Positions 46,701-55,545 of a stretch of 64,000 bases of DNA are shown here, piece after piece. Each line of letters begins with the position of its first letter. Within the stretch, counting starts at the first letter, position 1. This DNA is from an uncultured Thermoplasmata archaeon (lineage in GTDB: Archaea; Thermoplasmatota; Thermoplasmata; Lutacidiplasmatales; UBA184). Under the pieces are notes generated by a model. The model saw only the letters and a list, made by a program, of their open reading frames with translations, did not search any database and was not told the origin of the DNA. Where the stretch lies: NCBI GenBank assembly GCA_963730815.1, contig CAVSTD010000001.1:211941-275940 (forward strand). Direction: 5' to 3'. Position numbers and translations under genes: made by a program.

Positions 46701-48587
46701 CTCGTCGACGACTCCGCGACGACCATCACCAACCTTGCCGTCTACGACGATGCGCTGGGGGCGATCATCCTCGGAATCTCGCCGGCGACCACGGCGACGA
46801 ACGTGTACGCGAACGACTTTGGATACGGTGTCGCGTGCGAGGACGCTCAGCTGGTCAGCATCTCGACGGTGTTCGCCAACCACAATTCACGAGGCGTCGA
46901 GCTGTTCTCCTCGTCGAACATCACCGTGACGGGCGTCACAGCGACCAACTACTCCTACGGTGTCTACGCCGACCCGTCCACCTACCTAACGGTCTCGATG
47001 GTTTCCGCGAGCTATCTCTCCGAGGGGGTCTACTTCTACGAGACCTCTCTGAGCACGGTTACCGGAATCACGGCGAACGACCTCTCCGTCGGAGTCGCGC
47101 TCGAATTCGGGAGCATTGACTCGGTGACGACGGTCACGGCGATGGGGTCCTCGATCGGGGTCTATCTCTACGATACTGCGTTCGACACGGTCTCGGGGGT
47201 CACGGCGACCGACACAACGGTGAACACACCCTGGCTCGACTCGGGATACTGGGGCGCGCCGATCGCCGCCATCGACTCGGAAGACAACACCGCGTTGACC
47301 ATCACGCAGGTCACCGCGACGATGTACCCCGCCGGTTTGTGGGACTACTATTCCGAGGGCCTGACGGTGACCGCGTTCAACGCGACCGGCGGGTTCTACG
47401 GTGTCATTCTGAACGGCACTTTCGACAGTGTCTTCAGCGGGATCGGCGCCTACCAGGACTGGCAGGGACTCGCGGTGTACCAGGATGCCACCTACAACAC
47501 CATCACCATGAGCTCGTTCGTGGATGACACCAGCTACGGCGTTGCGATCGTCTACGGCGAGGACAACTACATCTGGGGCAACAACTTCATCGGTGACAAT
47601 GGCGCGACGGGCACCTACAACCCGACCCACATCCAGGCGTTCTCGGACGTGTACAACTACTTCTACACCTGGCCCGACAACGAAGTGATGGGCACCGGTA
47701 ACTACTGGGCCGACTGGCATACCTACGGAGTGAACGGATACCTCGCGCCCTACCTCGTCTCGGGCGGGGTCTCGGATGAGTTCCCGATCGGCCCGCAGGA
47801 GACGTTCGTGGTCTCGTTCAGCGAGACCGGGCTCACCTCGGGCACCATGTGGTCGGTGACCTTCAACGGCGTGACGCAGGCCTCGAGCACCGCGTTCGAC
47901 AACTTCACCGCGACGATCGGAACCTACCTCTACCAGGTAGGGAACGTGGCCGGCTACACGGTCTCCCCTGCCAGTGGCAGCGTGACCGTGTCGGGCGTGC
48001 CCTACAACGTGCCGGTGACGTACACGGCGGTCCCCGTGCCCACCTACGCGGTGACGTTGAGCGCGGGCGGACTTTCGACGGGCACCACCTGGTCGGCCAC
48101 GGTCAACGGAGTGACGCAATCGACCACGGGGCCGTCCCTCACTTGGTACCTCGCGAGCGGGGCGTACACGTACAAGTTCAACAACGTGAGCGGCTACAAC
48201 CTCGCGAGCACGGGAGCCTCCGGCTCGGTGACGGTCGCCAGCGCCCCGACGAGCTTGTCGGCCTCCTACAGCCCCGTGACGACGCCCGTCGTACGTCTCG
48301 ACGGACACGTTCAACCAGTGGCTCGCGGTCGCGTTCGCAGTTGCGGTGATCGCTCTCGTGATCGCGCTCTTGGCCCTGCTCCTTCGCCGCCGACACGCGG
48401 ACCAGCCGGCCCAGGGAGCCCAGCCGTGGACCCCGCCCGCCGCATCCGGCGGGTCGGGCGCGGGCGGATCGGGCACCTGGAGCGAAGGCCCACCCGCCGG
48501 GGGATCCCCGCCGAGCTAGGATGGGTTCGGACGTCCTCTAAGGAAGCAACCCTTTCCTATCCCCCGGGCCCAAAGGGCCCGGGGTGA
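43743..48587 (+). CDS. very large secreted/surface protein: thermopsin (peptidase A5)-like domain + right-handed parallel beta-helix repeats + two tandem about 80-aa modules; true C-terminal membrane anchor appears to be in the +1 frame (probable real end 48519)
   Basis: Signal/anchor peptide LWVLPIVIAVCAFMLLPAGAFLGGASA, then a Ser-rich linker. Thermopsin-like block NPAPMGIGDFG...YYFGVQLNTV...AFWTQNVF...FENNVWNFSNG. About 22-aa periodic beta-helix repeats (e.g. NITVTGVTATNYSYGVYAD / LSTVTGITANDLSVGVALE). A duplicated module ETGLTSGTMWSVTFNGVTQ / AGGLSTGTTWSATVNGVTQ. Dozens of NxS/T sequons. From about 48292 the +1 frame reads YVSTDTFNQWLAVAFAVAVIALVIALLALLLRRRH..., a classic TM anchor. Confidence 0.8.
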   Translation: MSPSPLGRRALWVLPIVIAVCAFMLLPAGAFLGGASAHPLSAGSAPSPLGATASTLNPAHPISTTSPASTASSPWNQASASSSSLTLSSAKSAQQYAKALDNVVASKPGLSDSSSLSALASDIASGKVSPSSVYLPNLNSLENGPQSSNNGIGVGYVSNPAPMGIGDFGLGTSPYAYNTSHFAGSLSLNSANATYPGAYYFITPPTATNGSYNSPYYFGVQLNTVTSNISIPGNNDTAFWTQNVFTMNGNYITFENNVWNFSNGALNPGSIYSGSGTFVPDVFYYDYGPSISFTFPVTVDLFNNVSVVNHRDQVTFGYRITDSGGSIQGIYDTVVFNNPYYPMNPAYTPAFQVSGKYTTPLGLGYDAELIFGGPGGGSNAVFNNISGTETLQYSNQSSGGWKSVPSAYDFGSDTGETAIGVAETWAPGGIVTLSAGPSLLYGLWGAQPSTAVASGSIELQGTLTTPNWGFVFVGDGGPYYNQSYVPTNSLGGFLTYLPPVNSVFPASGSYYVFYLADGYTYTYTPFVASLTGVSEVLTANPGQWAEPLYVNGNIQAQSAATVLTGWVSGPLIFKNLVVLNGLSSGFWAAMFFDHLNDWGFVSFNMFQATGVTLVINVTNMAQGDSDWNAVGQNNYFMDGPVFGSPATLIGIPPAVTYSLPQYGSLVAFYSDTHVQVYSQDAIGYFGGSKLDPTGYYSLNPAGGAIVAWNDPGVYVNGTVSVLGSYGAYIAGSPNAVVWDSIGALGANAVSLAGSNDAKLNTIVSEFSVSWHNDEGTVDQTAIAVYDVGSSGGSVQNLIAAYGAIGYYGAGSSSTAINNVLVEYKATNITTAGLPTLNTNGFAVGVFLTGTTHIVVTNTTVLFGDGIGVEAGPGALGTTITDTTTYGYFSQESLSVFLYGSDWTNITNTWMYDTYLGTIQAFAGNTTFTNTLYYDNYISGYGEYNNYTTYKWLNLTLTFDAGIEFGFSDNSLFLNTNSSVNAEWALELVDDSATTITNLAVYDDALGAIILGISPATTATNVYANDFGYGVACEDAQLVSISTVFANHNSRGVELFSSSNITVTGVTATNYSYGVYADPSTYLTVSMVSASYLSEGVYFYETSLSTVTGITANDLSVGVALEFGSIDSVTTVTAMGSSIGVYLYDTAFDTVSGVTATDTTVNTPWLDSGYWGAPIAAIDSEDNTALTITQVTATMYPAGLWDYYSEGLTVTAFNATGGFYGVILNGTFDSVFSGIGAYQDWQGLAVYQDATYNTITMSSFVDDTSYGVAIVYGEDNYIWGNNFIGDNGATGTYNPTHIQAFSDVYNYFYTWPDNEVMGTGNYWADWHTYGVNGYLAPYLVSGGVSDEFPIGPQETFVVSFSETGLTSGTMWSVTFNGVTQASSTAFDNFTATIGTYLYQVGNVAGYTVSPASGSVTVSGVPYNVPVTYTAVPVPTYAVTLSAGGLSTGTTWSATVNGVTQSTTGPSLTWYLASGAYTYKFNNVSGYNLASTGASGSVTVASAPTSLSASYSPVTTPVVRLDGHVQPVARGRVRSCGDRSRDRALGPAPSPPTRGPAGPGSPAVDPARRIRRVGRGRIGHLERRPTRRGIPAELGWVRTSSKEATLSYPPGPKGPG
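48562..48584. terminator. perfect 10-bp GC hairpin between convergent genes, followed by a T-rich tract
   Basis: CCCCGGGCCC-AAA-GGGCCCGGGG, then TGACAATTCTTTTCGG. It lies between the 3' ends of the surface-protein gene and ribA. Confidence 0.35.
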
Positions 48588-48638
48588 CAATTCTTTTCGG
48601 TCGATCGATTCGGATGAAGCGCCCGCACCCGAGAGATT

Positions 48639-49337
48639 CTACCTGGGGTAGGCTGAGAGGTCGTCGTCCTGCTCGATCTCGAGCAGGTGGCCCATCCGGT
48701 CGCGCTTCGTCTGAAGATAAGGACGATTGATGTCGTTCGCGGGGATCTCGACCGGGATCCGTCCGGAGATGCGGACACCGTGCCGCTCGAGGTCCTGGAC
48801 CTTGGCGGGGTTGTTCGTCAGGATCTCGATCGAACGGACGTGGAGCGCTTTCAGCATGTGGGCCGCGATTTCGTAGTCCCGTTCGTCCGGCCGGAAGCCG
48901 AGCAGCTCGTTCGCCTGCACGGTGTCGTATCCTGAGTCCTGGAGCTGGTAGGCCCGGATCTTGTTCACGAACCCGATGCCCCGTCCTTCTTGTCGGAGGT
49001 AGAGGATCACCCCACGCTCCATTTGGCCGATCCGGGCGAGCGACTCCAGGAGCTGGTCCCGACAGTCGCAGCGCAGCGAGCCGATGGCGTCCCCGGTGAG
49101 GCACTCCGAATGCACCCGAACGGGCACCCTTTCTCGGTCGAACACGTCCCCGTGGACGAACGCGGCGTGGTCCTGCCGATCGAGGCAATTCTCGAACGCC
49201 ACGACTTGATAATCTCCGAAGCGGGTGGGCAGGTTCGCGAGGGCCCGGACCCGCACGCAGTTGTCGGGCGCGCCCTCACATTGGTGCTCCTCTCCCTCGC
49301 GGAGAAGTTGTTCGACGATCGGAGCGGGGATGCCCAT
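48639..49337 (-). CDS. ribA: GTP cyclohydrolase II
   Basis: RVHSECLTGDAIGSLRCDCRDQL (zinc site), YLRQEGRGIGFVNKIRAYQLQDSGYDTVQAN, DERDY. Confidence 0.9.
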   Translation of the reverse strand: MGIPAPIVEQLLREGEEHQCEGAPDNCVRVRALANLPTRFGDYQVVAFENCLDRQDHAAFVHGDVFDRERVPVRVHSECLTGDAIGSLRCDCRDQLLESLARIGQMERGVILYLRQEGRGIGFVNKIRAYQLQDSGYDTVQANELLGFRPDERDYEIAAHMLKALHVRSIEILTNNPAKVQDLERHGVRISGRIPVEIPANDINRPYLQTKRDRMGHLLEIEQDDDLSAYPR

Positions 49338-49448
49338 GGCCGTTCCCGAGGGGATGGCCTCCGGCTCTTGATAACGATTCAGGGGCGGGGGAACGGAAGG
49401 TAACAGGTGGCGTGCGGGGAATCACGTCCCCCTGAGCGGGTCGGCCCG

Positions 49449-50598
49449 TTACGTCAGCACCCGGATGTTGTGTCGCGCGCTGATCTCCCGCAGCATCTTC
49501 GGCCAGACCGAGACGGTGACCTCTCCGATGTGGGCCTTGCGGAGGAGGAGCATCTGGGTGCGGCCCTGACCGATCCCGCTGCCGATGCTGAGCGGGATCT
49601 GCCCGTTCAGGATCGCCTGGTGGTACGGGAACTTGAGGAAGTCGAGCTGCCCGGACATCGCGAGCTGGCGGCGAAGGGTCTCCGCGGTCACCCGGATGCC
49701 GCCCGACATGAGCTCGTGGCGACGCTTCGTCACGGGGTTCCAGGTCAGGATGTCTCCGTTGAGGCCGTGCATCGGTCGACCGTCCTCCGAACGGGTCTCG
49801 GTGACCCAATCGTCGTAGTCCGCCGCGCGCATCTCGTGCGGGTATCCGTCCTTGAGCGGCCAGCCGATCCCGATAAGGAAGAGCGCCGGGTGCTTCTGGA
49901 GGATTGCGGTCTCCCGCTGCTTCCGCGGGAAGGTCCGGGTAGGCAGCCAGGAGGTCCTCCGCGTGCATGAACCGGATCTGCTCGGGGAGGTCCGGGTAGC
50001 GGGAGTCCTTCAGCTGGGGGTAGAGACGCTGGACGTGCTGCTGCGCACCGGTGATGACCTTCCAGATGCGGCGGACGGTGTCCTTGAGGTAGTCCAGGTT
50101 CCGGTCCTCGACCGTGATGGCCTTCTCCCAGTCCCATTGGTCCACGTAGGCGCTGTGGTCATGGTCGAGAAAGTAGTCCTTCCGGACCGCGCGCATGTCG
50201 GTGAGAAGCCCCTCACCGGATTGAAGGTCGAACTGCTTCAGCGCCATCCGCTTCCACTTCGTCGCGGCCTGAACGACCTGTCCTTCGACCGGGTGGAGAT
50301 TGCGATCGTTCGAGATGCGGAACTGAACGGGAGTCCGGGAGCCGTCCCGGTCCAGCATGTCGTTGACCCCGCTGTCGGTCTCCACGATCAGCGGAACCTG
50401 GACCATCATCAGGTTGAGCTCCTTGCACAGGTGCTCTTCGATGTAGTTCTTCACGGCGTAGATGGCGTGTTGCGTGAGTCGGGGCGAGAGGAGCGATTCG
50501 TAATCGTTGGGGAGCACGCGGTCGACCTCTTCGTACGTGCCGATCCCCGGGCCGGCGAGGTCGGCCCTCTTTTCTTGGGCGATATCGGGTGCGGACAT
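49449..50598 (-). pseudogene. asnA: aspartate-ammonia ligase (asparagine synthetase A), frame broken as assembled
   Basis: The N-terminal two thirds are in ORF 49276..50598 (VQVPLIV, AATKWKRMAL, HSAYVDQWDWEKAI, IRFMHAEDLLAAYPDLP). The C-terminal third is in ORF 49449..49832 (MRAADYDDW...GLNGDILTWNP...GIGQGRTQMLLLRKAHIGEV), extended upstream as QRETAILQKHPALFLIGIGWPLKDGYPHE. The junction is at about 49920-49930. The span is 1150 nt. Confidence 0.88.
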
Positions 50599-50793
50599 CG
50601 CCGTTCAGGCGGAGTGCGCGGGAATAAACTCCCCGTCAACCCTGCTCGACACGCTCCCGCAACCACGCACTCGACGAGGTGGAACCATCGTGTGTCCGGA
50701 GGCTTTGAAGAAACCTCCTTCGTTTCCCCACGAAGGGGCCGTCGAGGCTAAGTCTGCATCTTCGCTGGGGCCGCCGGGCGGGTCACGGGTACT

Positions 50794-52230
50794 ATGACGG
50801 ACGAGGAATCTCGCTACCAACGGACTCCGATCCCCGAAGAGACCAACGAAGAGCGAGCAGGGTTCGGGGAGATCCTGCGGTCGTACACCCCCGAGGAGGC
50901 GGTTCTCGAGGCGCAGCGCTGCCTGCAGTGCGCCATGCCGTACTGTGTCCAGGCTTGCCCGATCACGCAGGACTGCCGAGGGTACATATCGCTCCTCGCG
51001 CAGCAACGATTCGACGACGCCGCTCGACTCACGGTCTTGGACAATCCCCTCGCGACCGTCCTCTGCAAGACCTGCTACCACTATTGCGAGGAGGATTGCG
51101 TCATGGCCGGACGCGGAGTCCCCATCGCCATCCGTCACCTCAAGCGGGCCGCGCTCGAGCTCGGGAAATCGGACCTCAGTTACGTCGCGAGCGCTCCCAA
51201 GAACCAACGAGTGGCGGTCATCGGTGGAGGTCCCGCGGGTCTGATGGCCGCGTGGGAGCTCGGGATTCGAGGATATTCGGTCACCGTCTACGAACAGGCG
51301 GGGTTTCTGGGCGGACAGGTCGATACGATCCCGAAGTACCACCTCGAAGGGGGCGAGCTCGACGTGGACCTCGCGCGTTTCCGCAGCCTCGATGTCACGT
51401 TCCTGACGGGGAAGAAGGCCGGGGTGGACTTCACCCCCGAATCGTTGCTGAAAGAGGGGTACCTCGCCGTGTTCGTGGCGATCGGCGCCTCCGCACCCCG
51501 AGCGCTCGGGATCCCGGGAGAACATCTTCCCGGGGTCTTCTCCGCCCTGCCCTTCCTCCTGGCGGTGAACCGAGGGCCCGACGGATTGCTGGGTCGAAAG
51601 GGGCGGAAGGTGGTGGTCGTCGGCGGAGGAGACGTGGCGCTGGACGCGGCCCGCTCGAGCCTTCGGCTCGCCGAGAAGGGCGACGTCACGGTTCTCTATC
51701 GCCGGACCCGAGAGGAGATGCCCGCGGGCGAGGAGGAGGTCGGAGGAGGCGAGATCGAGGGGGTCCACTTTGTGTTTCAACGGTCTCCGACCCGGATCCT
51801 GGGGTCCGCTCAGGTCGAAGGGATCGAGGTGCTTACCACTCAACTGGGACCCCCGGACGAAAAGGGTCGGAGGTCCGCCGTGAACGTGCCCGGGACCGAA
51901 CAGGTGATGCCCTGCGATACCGTCATCATCGCCGCGGGAGAGAAGGCGGACGTTTCGGGGCTCCCCGCGGAACTTGACTTCTCCTTCGCGGCTCAAGGGT
52001 GGCCCGTCGGAAAGCGGGAGGATTGGATGACCGACGTCGAGGGAGTGTTCGCCTCGGGCGGAAAGTCCGTGGTGCACGCGATGGCCGCTGGTACGAAAGC
52101 TGCGGACGCGATCGACCGGTACATTTGTGCGAAAACGGGAAGGTCTCCGACGCCTCGTCCCGACCCCTTCGGGGGAAACCAGCCGAACCGCCTACCGGCC
52201 GGTTATGGGGGACCCACCTGGCATCCGTAG
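50794..52230 (+). CDS. glutamate synthase small-subunit-like NAD(P)H-dependent FAD/Fe-S oxidoreductase (GltD/SudA family)
   Basis: N-terminal Fe-S region RCLQCAMPYCVQACP...CKTCYHYCEEDCV. Dinucleotide folds VAVIGGGPAGLMAAWEL and VVVVGGGDVALDAA. Confidence 0.8.
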   Translation: MTDEESRYQRTPIPEETNEERAGFGEILRSYTPEEAVLEAQRCLQCAMPYCVQACPITQDCRGYISLLAQQRFDDAARLTVLDNPLATVLCKTCYHYCEEDCVMAGRGVPIAIRHLKRAALELGKSDLSYVASAPKNQRVAVIGGGPAGLMAAWELGIRGYSVTVYEQAGFLGGQVDTIPKYHLEGGELDVDLARFRSLDVTFLTGKKAGVDFTPESLLKEGYLAVFVAIGASAPRALGIPGEHLPGVFSALPFLLAVNRGPDGLLGRKGRKVVVVGGGDVALDAARSSLRLAEKGDVTVLYRRTREEMPAGEEEVGGGEIEGVHFVFQRSPTRILGSAQVEGIEVLTTQLGPPDEKGRRSAVNVPGTEQVMPCDTVIIAAGEKADVSGLPAELDFSFAAQGWPVGKREDWMTDVEGVFASGGKSVVHAMAAGTKAADAIDRYICAKTGRSPTPRPDPFGGNQPNRLPAGYGGPTWHP

Positions 52231-52301
52231 GTAGAGCTAGTTCTCGATCCCCTGTCGTGGAATCGTTCGCCAGTTACTTCTTGAGGAGCGGTCCGCCGTC
52301 T

Positions 52302-53552
52302 CTACGCCCGGTTCATTTGCGGGGGGATCCGTCGGCCGGCGTGACGGAGCAGAACGATTGCCGGCACGGCGGGAACGAGCAAGATAACCCAGATCAATAG
52401 CGGATTGGTGACGAACGCGAGCACGACCCCTCCGGCGAGCGTAGCGGTCAAGAAGCCAATCCCTCCGATCGCGTTGAACGCGCCGTTGTAGGAGCCCACT
52501 TCTTCCTTCGGAGCGAGGTTCGAGGGCAGGGTGGACGAGGGGATCGCGACCAGATTTTCGCCGAGCGTGAGCACCACCACGGAAGCGAAGAATACGATGG
52601 TGGGCACCGTGTTCCAGAGACCGGCCGCCCCGAGACCGAGGAACGCAATCCCGTAGAGGACGAGGCCCAGCAGTCCGATGGTCGTGTGCCGCCACCCGAT
52701 CACGCCCTCGGCGGTCGCGCTCTGACCGAAGACCACCACCAGACCGTTGAGGGCCAGGCCCAATCCGAGCAAGGAGTAGGAAATCCCGAGAACGTTGTGG
52801 ACGTACAATGGAAAGATGATCGCCCACTGGGCCGCGACGAACGTAGCGAGCGCGAACGCGAGGGCTACCTCGAGGGCGACCCGGTCCCGAGCAAGGATCC
52901 GCAGGCTGCTCCCCAGGCTTCGTTTGGCCGCCGGGGCCGGGCGGACTTCGGCCGACGTTGCGGCCGGCAGTGGAATGGCCTGCCGCAGGTCTCGGATTGA
53001 CGGGGAGAGGAAGGTGAAGAGAATCCCGGTCGCGCCACCGATGATCAATGCCGCGATCGCGACCCCGCCGGCGAACCCGATGAATGTGATCAGGAGACCC
53101 CCCAACGCAACGCCGGCCGCATAGCCGGCGTTGAACCCGATGCGATAGAGCGTGAAGCCGCGCGTCCGATCCGACCCCTCGGCGAAGTCGGCGATGTACG
53201 CGGAGAACGCCGGTCCGGCGAGAGAGGAGATCGAACCTCCGAGGATGGCCGCGAGGATCGCGAGAGGCAACGATTCGATGGAGAAGGCGTAGGCGAGAAG
53301 CCCGGTCGCGAGCGCTTCCGAAGCGAGGCCGATCACCATGAGGGTCTTTCGGCGCATCCGGTCCGAGATCAGCCCGCCGAGGACGCCGAAGGGGATCTGG
53401 ATCGAACCGATGAAGACGATGATGAGACCGAGTTCGACGTACCCGATCGCCAGAACGTTGTGCAGATACAGCGCGATGAACGGCCCGTAGAGGGCGTTCC
53501 CGAGCATTCGAACGCCGACCCCGAAGGCCAGGAGCCGGATGTTTCGATTCAC
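52302..53552 (-). CDS. MFS transporter
   Basis: About 12 TM helices, with the loop 2-3 motif GGLISDRMRRK typical of the major facilitator superfamily. Confidence 0.8.
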   Translation of the reverse strand: MNRNIRLLAFGVGVRMLGNALYGPFIALYLHNVLAIGYVELGLIIVFIGSIQIPFGVLGGLISDRMRRKTLMVIGLASEALATGLLAYAFSIESLPLAILAAILGGSISSLAGPAFSAYIADFAEGSDRTRGFTLYRIGFNAGYAAGVALGGLLITFIGFAGGVAIAALIIGGATGILFTFLSPSIRDLRQAIPLPAATSAEVRPAPAAKRSLGSSLRILARDRVALEVALAFALATFVAAQWAIIFPLYVHNVLGISYSLLGLGLALNGLVVVFGQSATAEGVIGWRHTTIGLLGLVLYGIAFLGLGAAGLWNTVPTIVFFASVVVLTLGENLVAIPSSTLPSNLAPKEEVGSYNGAFNAIGGIGFLTATLAGGVVLAFVTNPLLIWVILLVPAVPAIVLLRHAGRRIPPQMNRA

Positions 53553-53665
53553 CGCTGCCTCACAGGGGGGAAATCTCCGATGAGAAACGGACCCTCACGA
53601 CGGGCAGATCATTCTCGACCGACAAAAGAGAACCTCACTGCGGGTGAGTCCCAGAGGTTCGTCCC

Positions 53666-54253
53666 TTAAGCCCGGCCGTTGGCGGTCGAAGGGGCCGTCG
53701 ATCCGGCATCGCGGGCAGCGGATAGCCGAATTCCCATCAGGACCTCTCCACCGACCAGCGTCATCCGGCTTCGAAGCCCCCACGCTCCCAGACCCCCCTC
53801 CCGGAATCCCAGCTCCTTGCGTTCCACTGGCCGGAACCCCCGAGAGCGGAACAACGAGATCGACGCAGCATTGTCCTCCTCGGCGGCACCGTACGCTACG
53901 CTTGCTCGTTCTCGCCGGAACAAAGCGAGCGCGTCGTCCAGCAGCAACCCTCCGAGCCCTTCTCGGCGATGGCTGAGAGCCGTCGAGAGATGGTACACGT
54001 ACCCCACTTCGGGGTCGATCCGCTCGAGGATGGAGACCGCGACGATCTCGCCGTGGAGCACCGCGGCGCGGACCCACGTCGCGTCGAACAGCGTCCTCTT
54101 CGCGTGCCAGCGATAGATGCCCACGAACCCGTCCTTCAGCACCGGCACGGCGCGCTCGCGGTCCCGTCGAGGGAGGTCCACCAATTCCACGTTCGAGCGG
54201 GGGCCGGCGGCGGAGGAAGAAGAAGCACGGCCGCCCATACCCGATTCCGTCAT
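53666..54253 (-). CDS. GNAT-family N-acetyltransferase
   Basis: Motif A region VYHLSTALSHRREGLGGLLLDDALALF and the C-terminal NAASISLFRSRGFRPVE. Confidence 0.7.
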   Translation of the reverse strand: MTESGMGGRASSSSAAGPRSNVELVDLPRRDRERAVPVLKDGFVGIYRWHAKRTLFDATWVRAAVLHGEIVAVSILERIDPEVGYVYHLSTALSHRREGLGGLLLDDALALFRRERASVAYGAAEEDNAASISLFRSRGFRPVERKELGFREGGLGAWGLRSRMTLVGGEVLMGIRLSAARDAGSTAPSTANGRA

Positions 54254-54360
54254 TCGCCTCTTTCCCGACCCCCATTCTCCGCCGGGACGCGGCCCAAGGG
54301 GAAAACGACTTTCCCGCTTACAAATAATAGTCCGATGGTTGGTCGCGCGGGGTCGACTCT

Positions 54361-55374
54361 GTGGCCGCAGATGGAACGGATCGCACGGGTACCGTTACGG
54401 CGGGGCCGATCCGGGTTACCCAAACGGACGTCCTGTTGCTGATCGCCTTGGGCGTCCTCTGGGGGTCGGCATACGTGGCGATCCGGGTGGGGATCGTGGG
54501 GGGCGCCACACCGTTCGCCTTCGCCGGAGTTCGATATGCGATGGTCGCGGGACTCCTCGCGCTCATCGCGGCTGTCCGACGGGACCCGTGGCCGAGCCGT
54601 CGCTCGATTCTCCTTTCCTCGGCGGTGGGCGGGACGTTCATCATCGGCCTCTACGGGATGCTCCTCTATTGGGGGGAGCAATTCACCACCGGAGGGTACG
54701 CGGCCGTCCTTGCGGGCATCGCTCCGATCCTGACCGTCGTCTACGGATACTCGCTCCTGAGTTCCGAGCGTCTTCGCGCGGCGGCCGTGGTGGGGATTGC
54801 CCTCGGGTTCATCGGGGTCGTGGTCCTGGTCTTCCCGACCCTCCTCGGAAGCGTCGGATCCAACTGGGAGGGTCCGGTGGCCGTCATCGGAGCCTTCGTC
54901 GTGTTCCCGTTGGGGTCGGTCCTCCTGCGTCGTTGGGGCCGGGGAGGCGAGAGCACCTGGCAGCTCTCCTTCCAGTTCGCGGTCGGAGCCGCGATCCTCG
55001 CGGTCGCCGTTCTCCTCGCCCCCGTGCCCGAGCAGCTTCCGTTCACCCTGACGGTATGGGCCTCGCTCCTGGTGCTTGTGGTGTTCGCGTCGGTCTTCGG
55101 CTATGTAGTCTATTTCCGGTTGCACCATCGTATCGGGCCGGCGCGGGCCAACCTCGTCGCTTACGTCGTTCCGATTGTCGGGATCGGCGTGGGTTCCGGA
55201 TTCTTCGGCGAGCCGATCACCGTCTGGGAGGTGGGGGGATTCGTGCTCATCGCCTTGGGCCTTTCCCTGGTCTTTGCGGCCTCGAACCGGCCGCCGGCTC
55301 CGGCTGCGGAGGCCCTGCGGAAGACAGAGGTCGACTCTCCTTCCCTGCAGCTCGAAAAAGACCGCCGGGCGTGA
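54361..55374 (+). CDS. EamA/DMT-family transporter
   Basis: Ten TM helices in two EamA repeats (LLIALGVLWGSAYVAIRVG...; ...VPIVGIGVGSGFFGEPIT). Confidence 0.8.
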   Translation: MAADGTDRTGTVTAGPIRVTQTDVLLLIALGVLWGSAYVAIRVGIVGGATPFAFAGVRYAMVAGLLALIAAVRRDPWPSRRSILLSSAVGGTFIIGLYGMLLYWGEQFTTGGYAAVLAGIAPILTVVYGYSLLSSERLRAAAVVGIALGFIGVVVLVFPTLLGSVGSNWEGPVAVIGAFVVFPLGSVLLRRWGRGGESTWQLSFQFAVGAAILAVAVLLAPVPEQLPFTLTVWASLLVLVVFASVFGYVVYFRLHHRIGPARANLVAYVVPIVGIGVGSGFFGEPITVWEVGGFVLIALGLSLVFAASNRPPAPAAEALRKTEVDSPSLQLEKDRRA

Positions 55375-55545
55375 CCGGGTCTGCCAAGGCGAACTCCCTC
55401 CTTCCGAGGAGCGTCCGCGAACGTTTTCAAGGAATTTTCGTCATTCCGCACGGGGGCCCAGCGATCGTCCGAGAAGTCGTACGAACAGTTCGTACTAGAG
55501 GGGGATTATCCAAAGCGCAGTCCCCGAGCCAATCGGGAAACCGCC

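Noticed and set aside
46986-48476. 496-aa minus-strand ORF (also 44610..45524 and 45936..46883) antisense to the giant surface-protein gene
   Set aside because: No motifs, Arg/Asp/Gly/Val-rich, antisense to a frame with clear repeat architecture.
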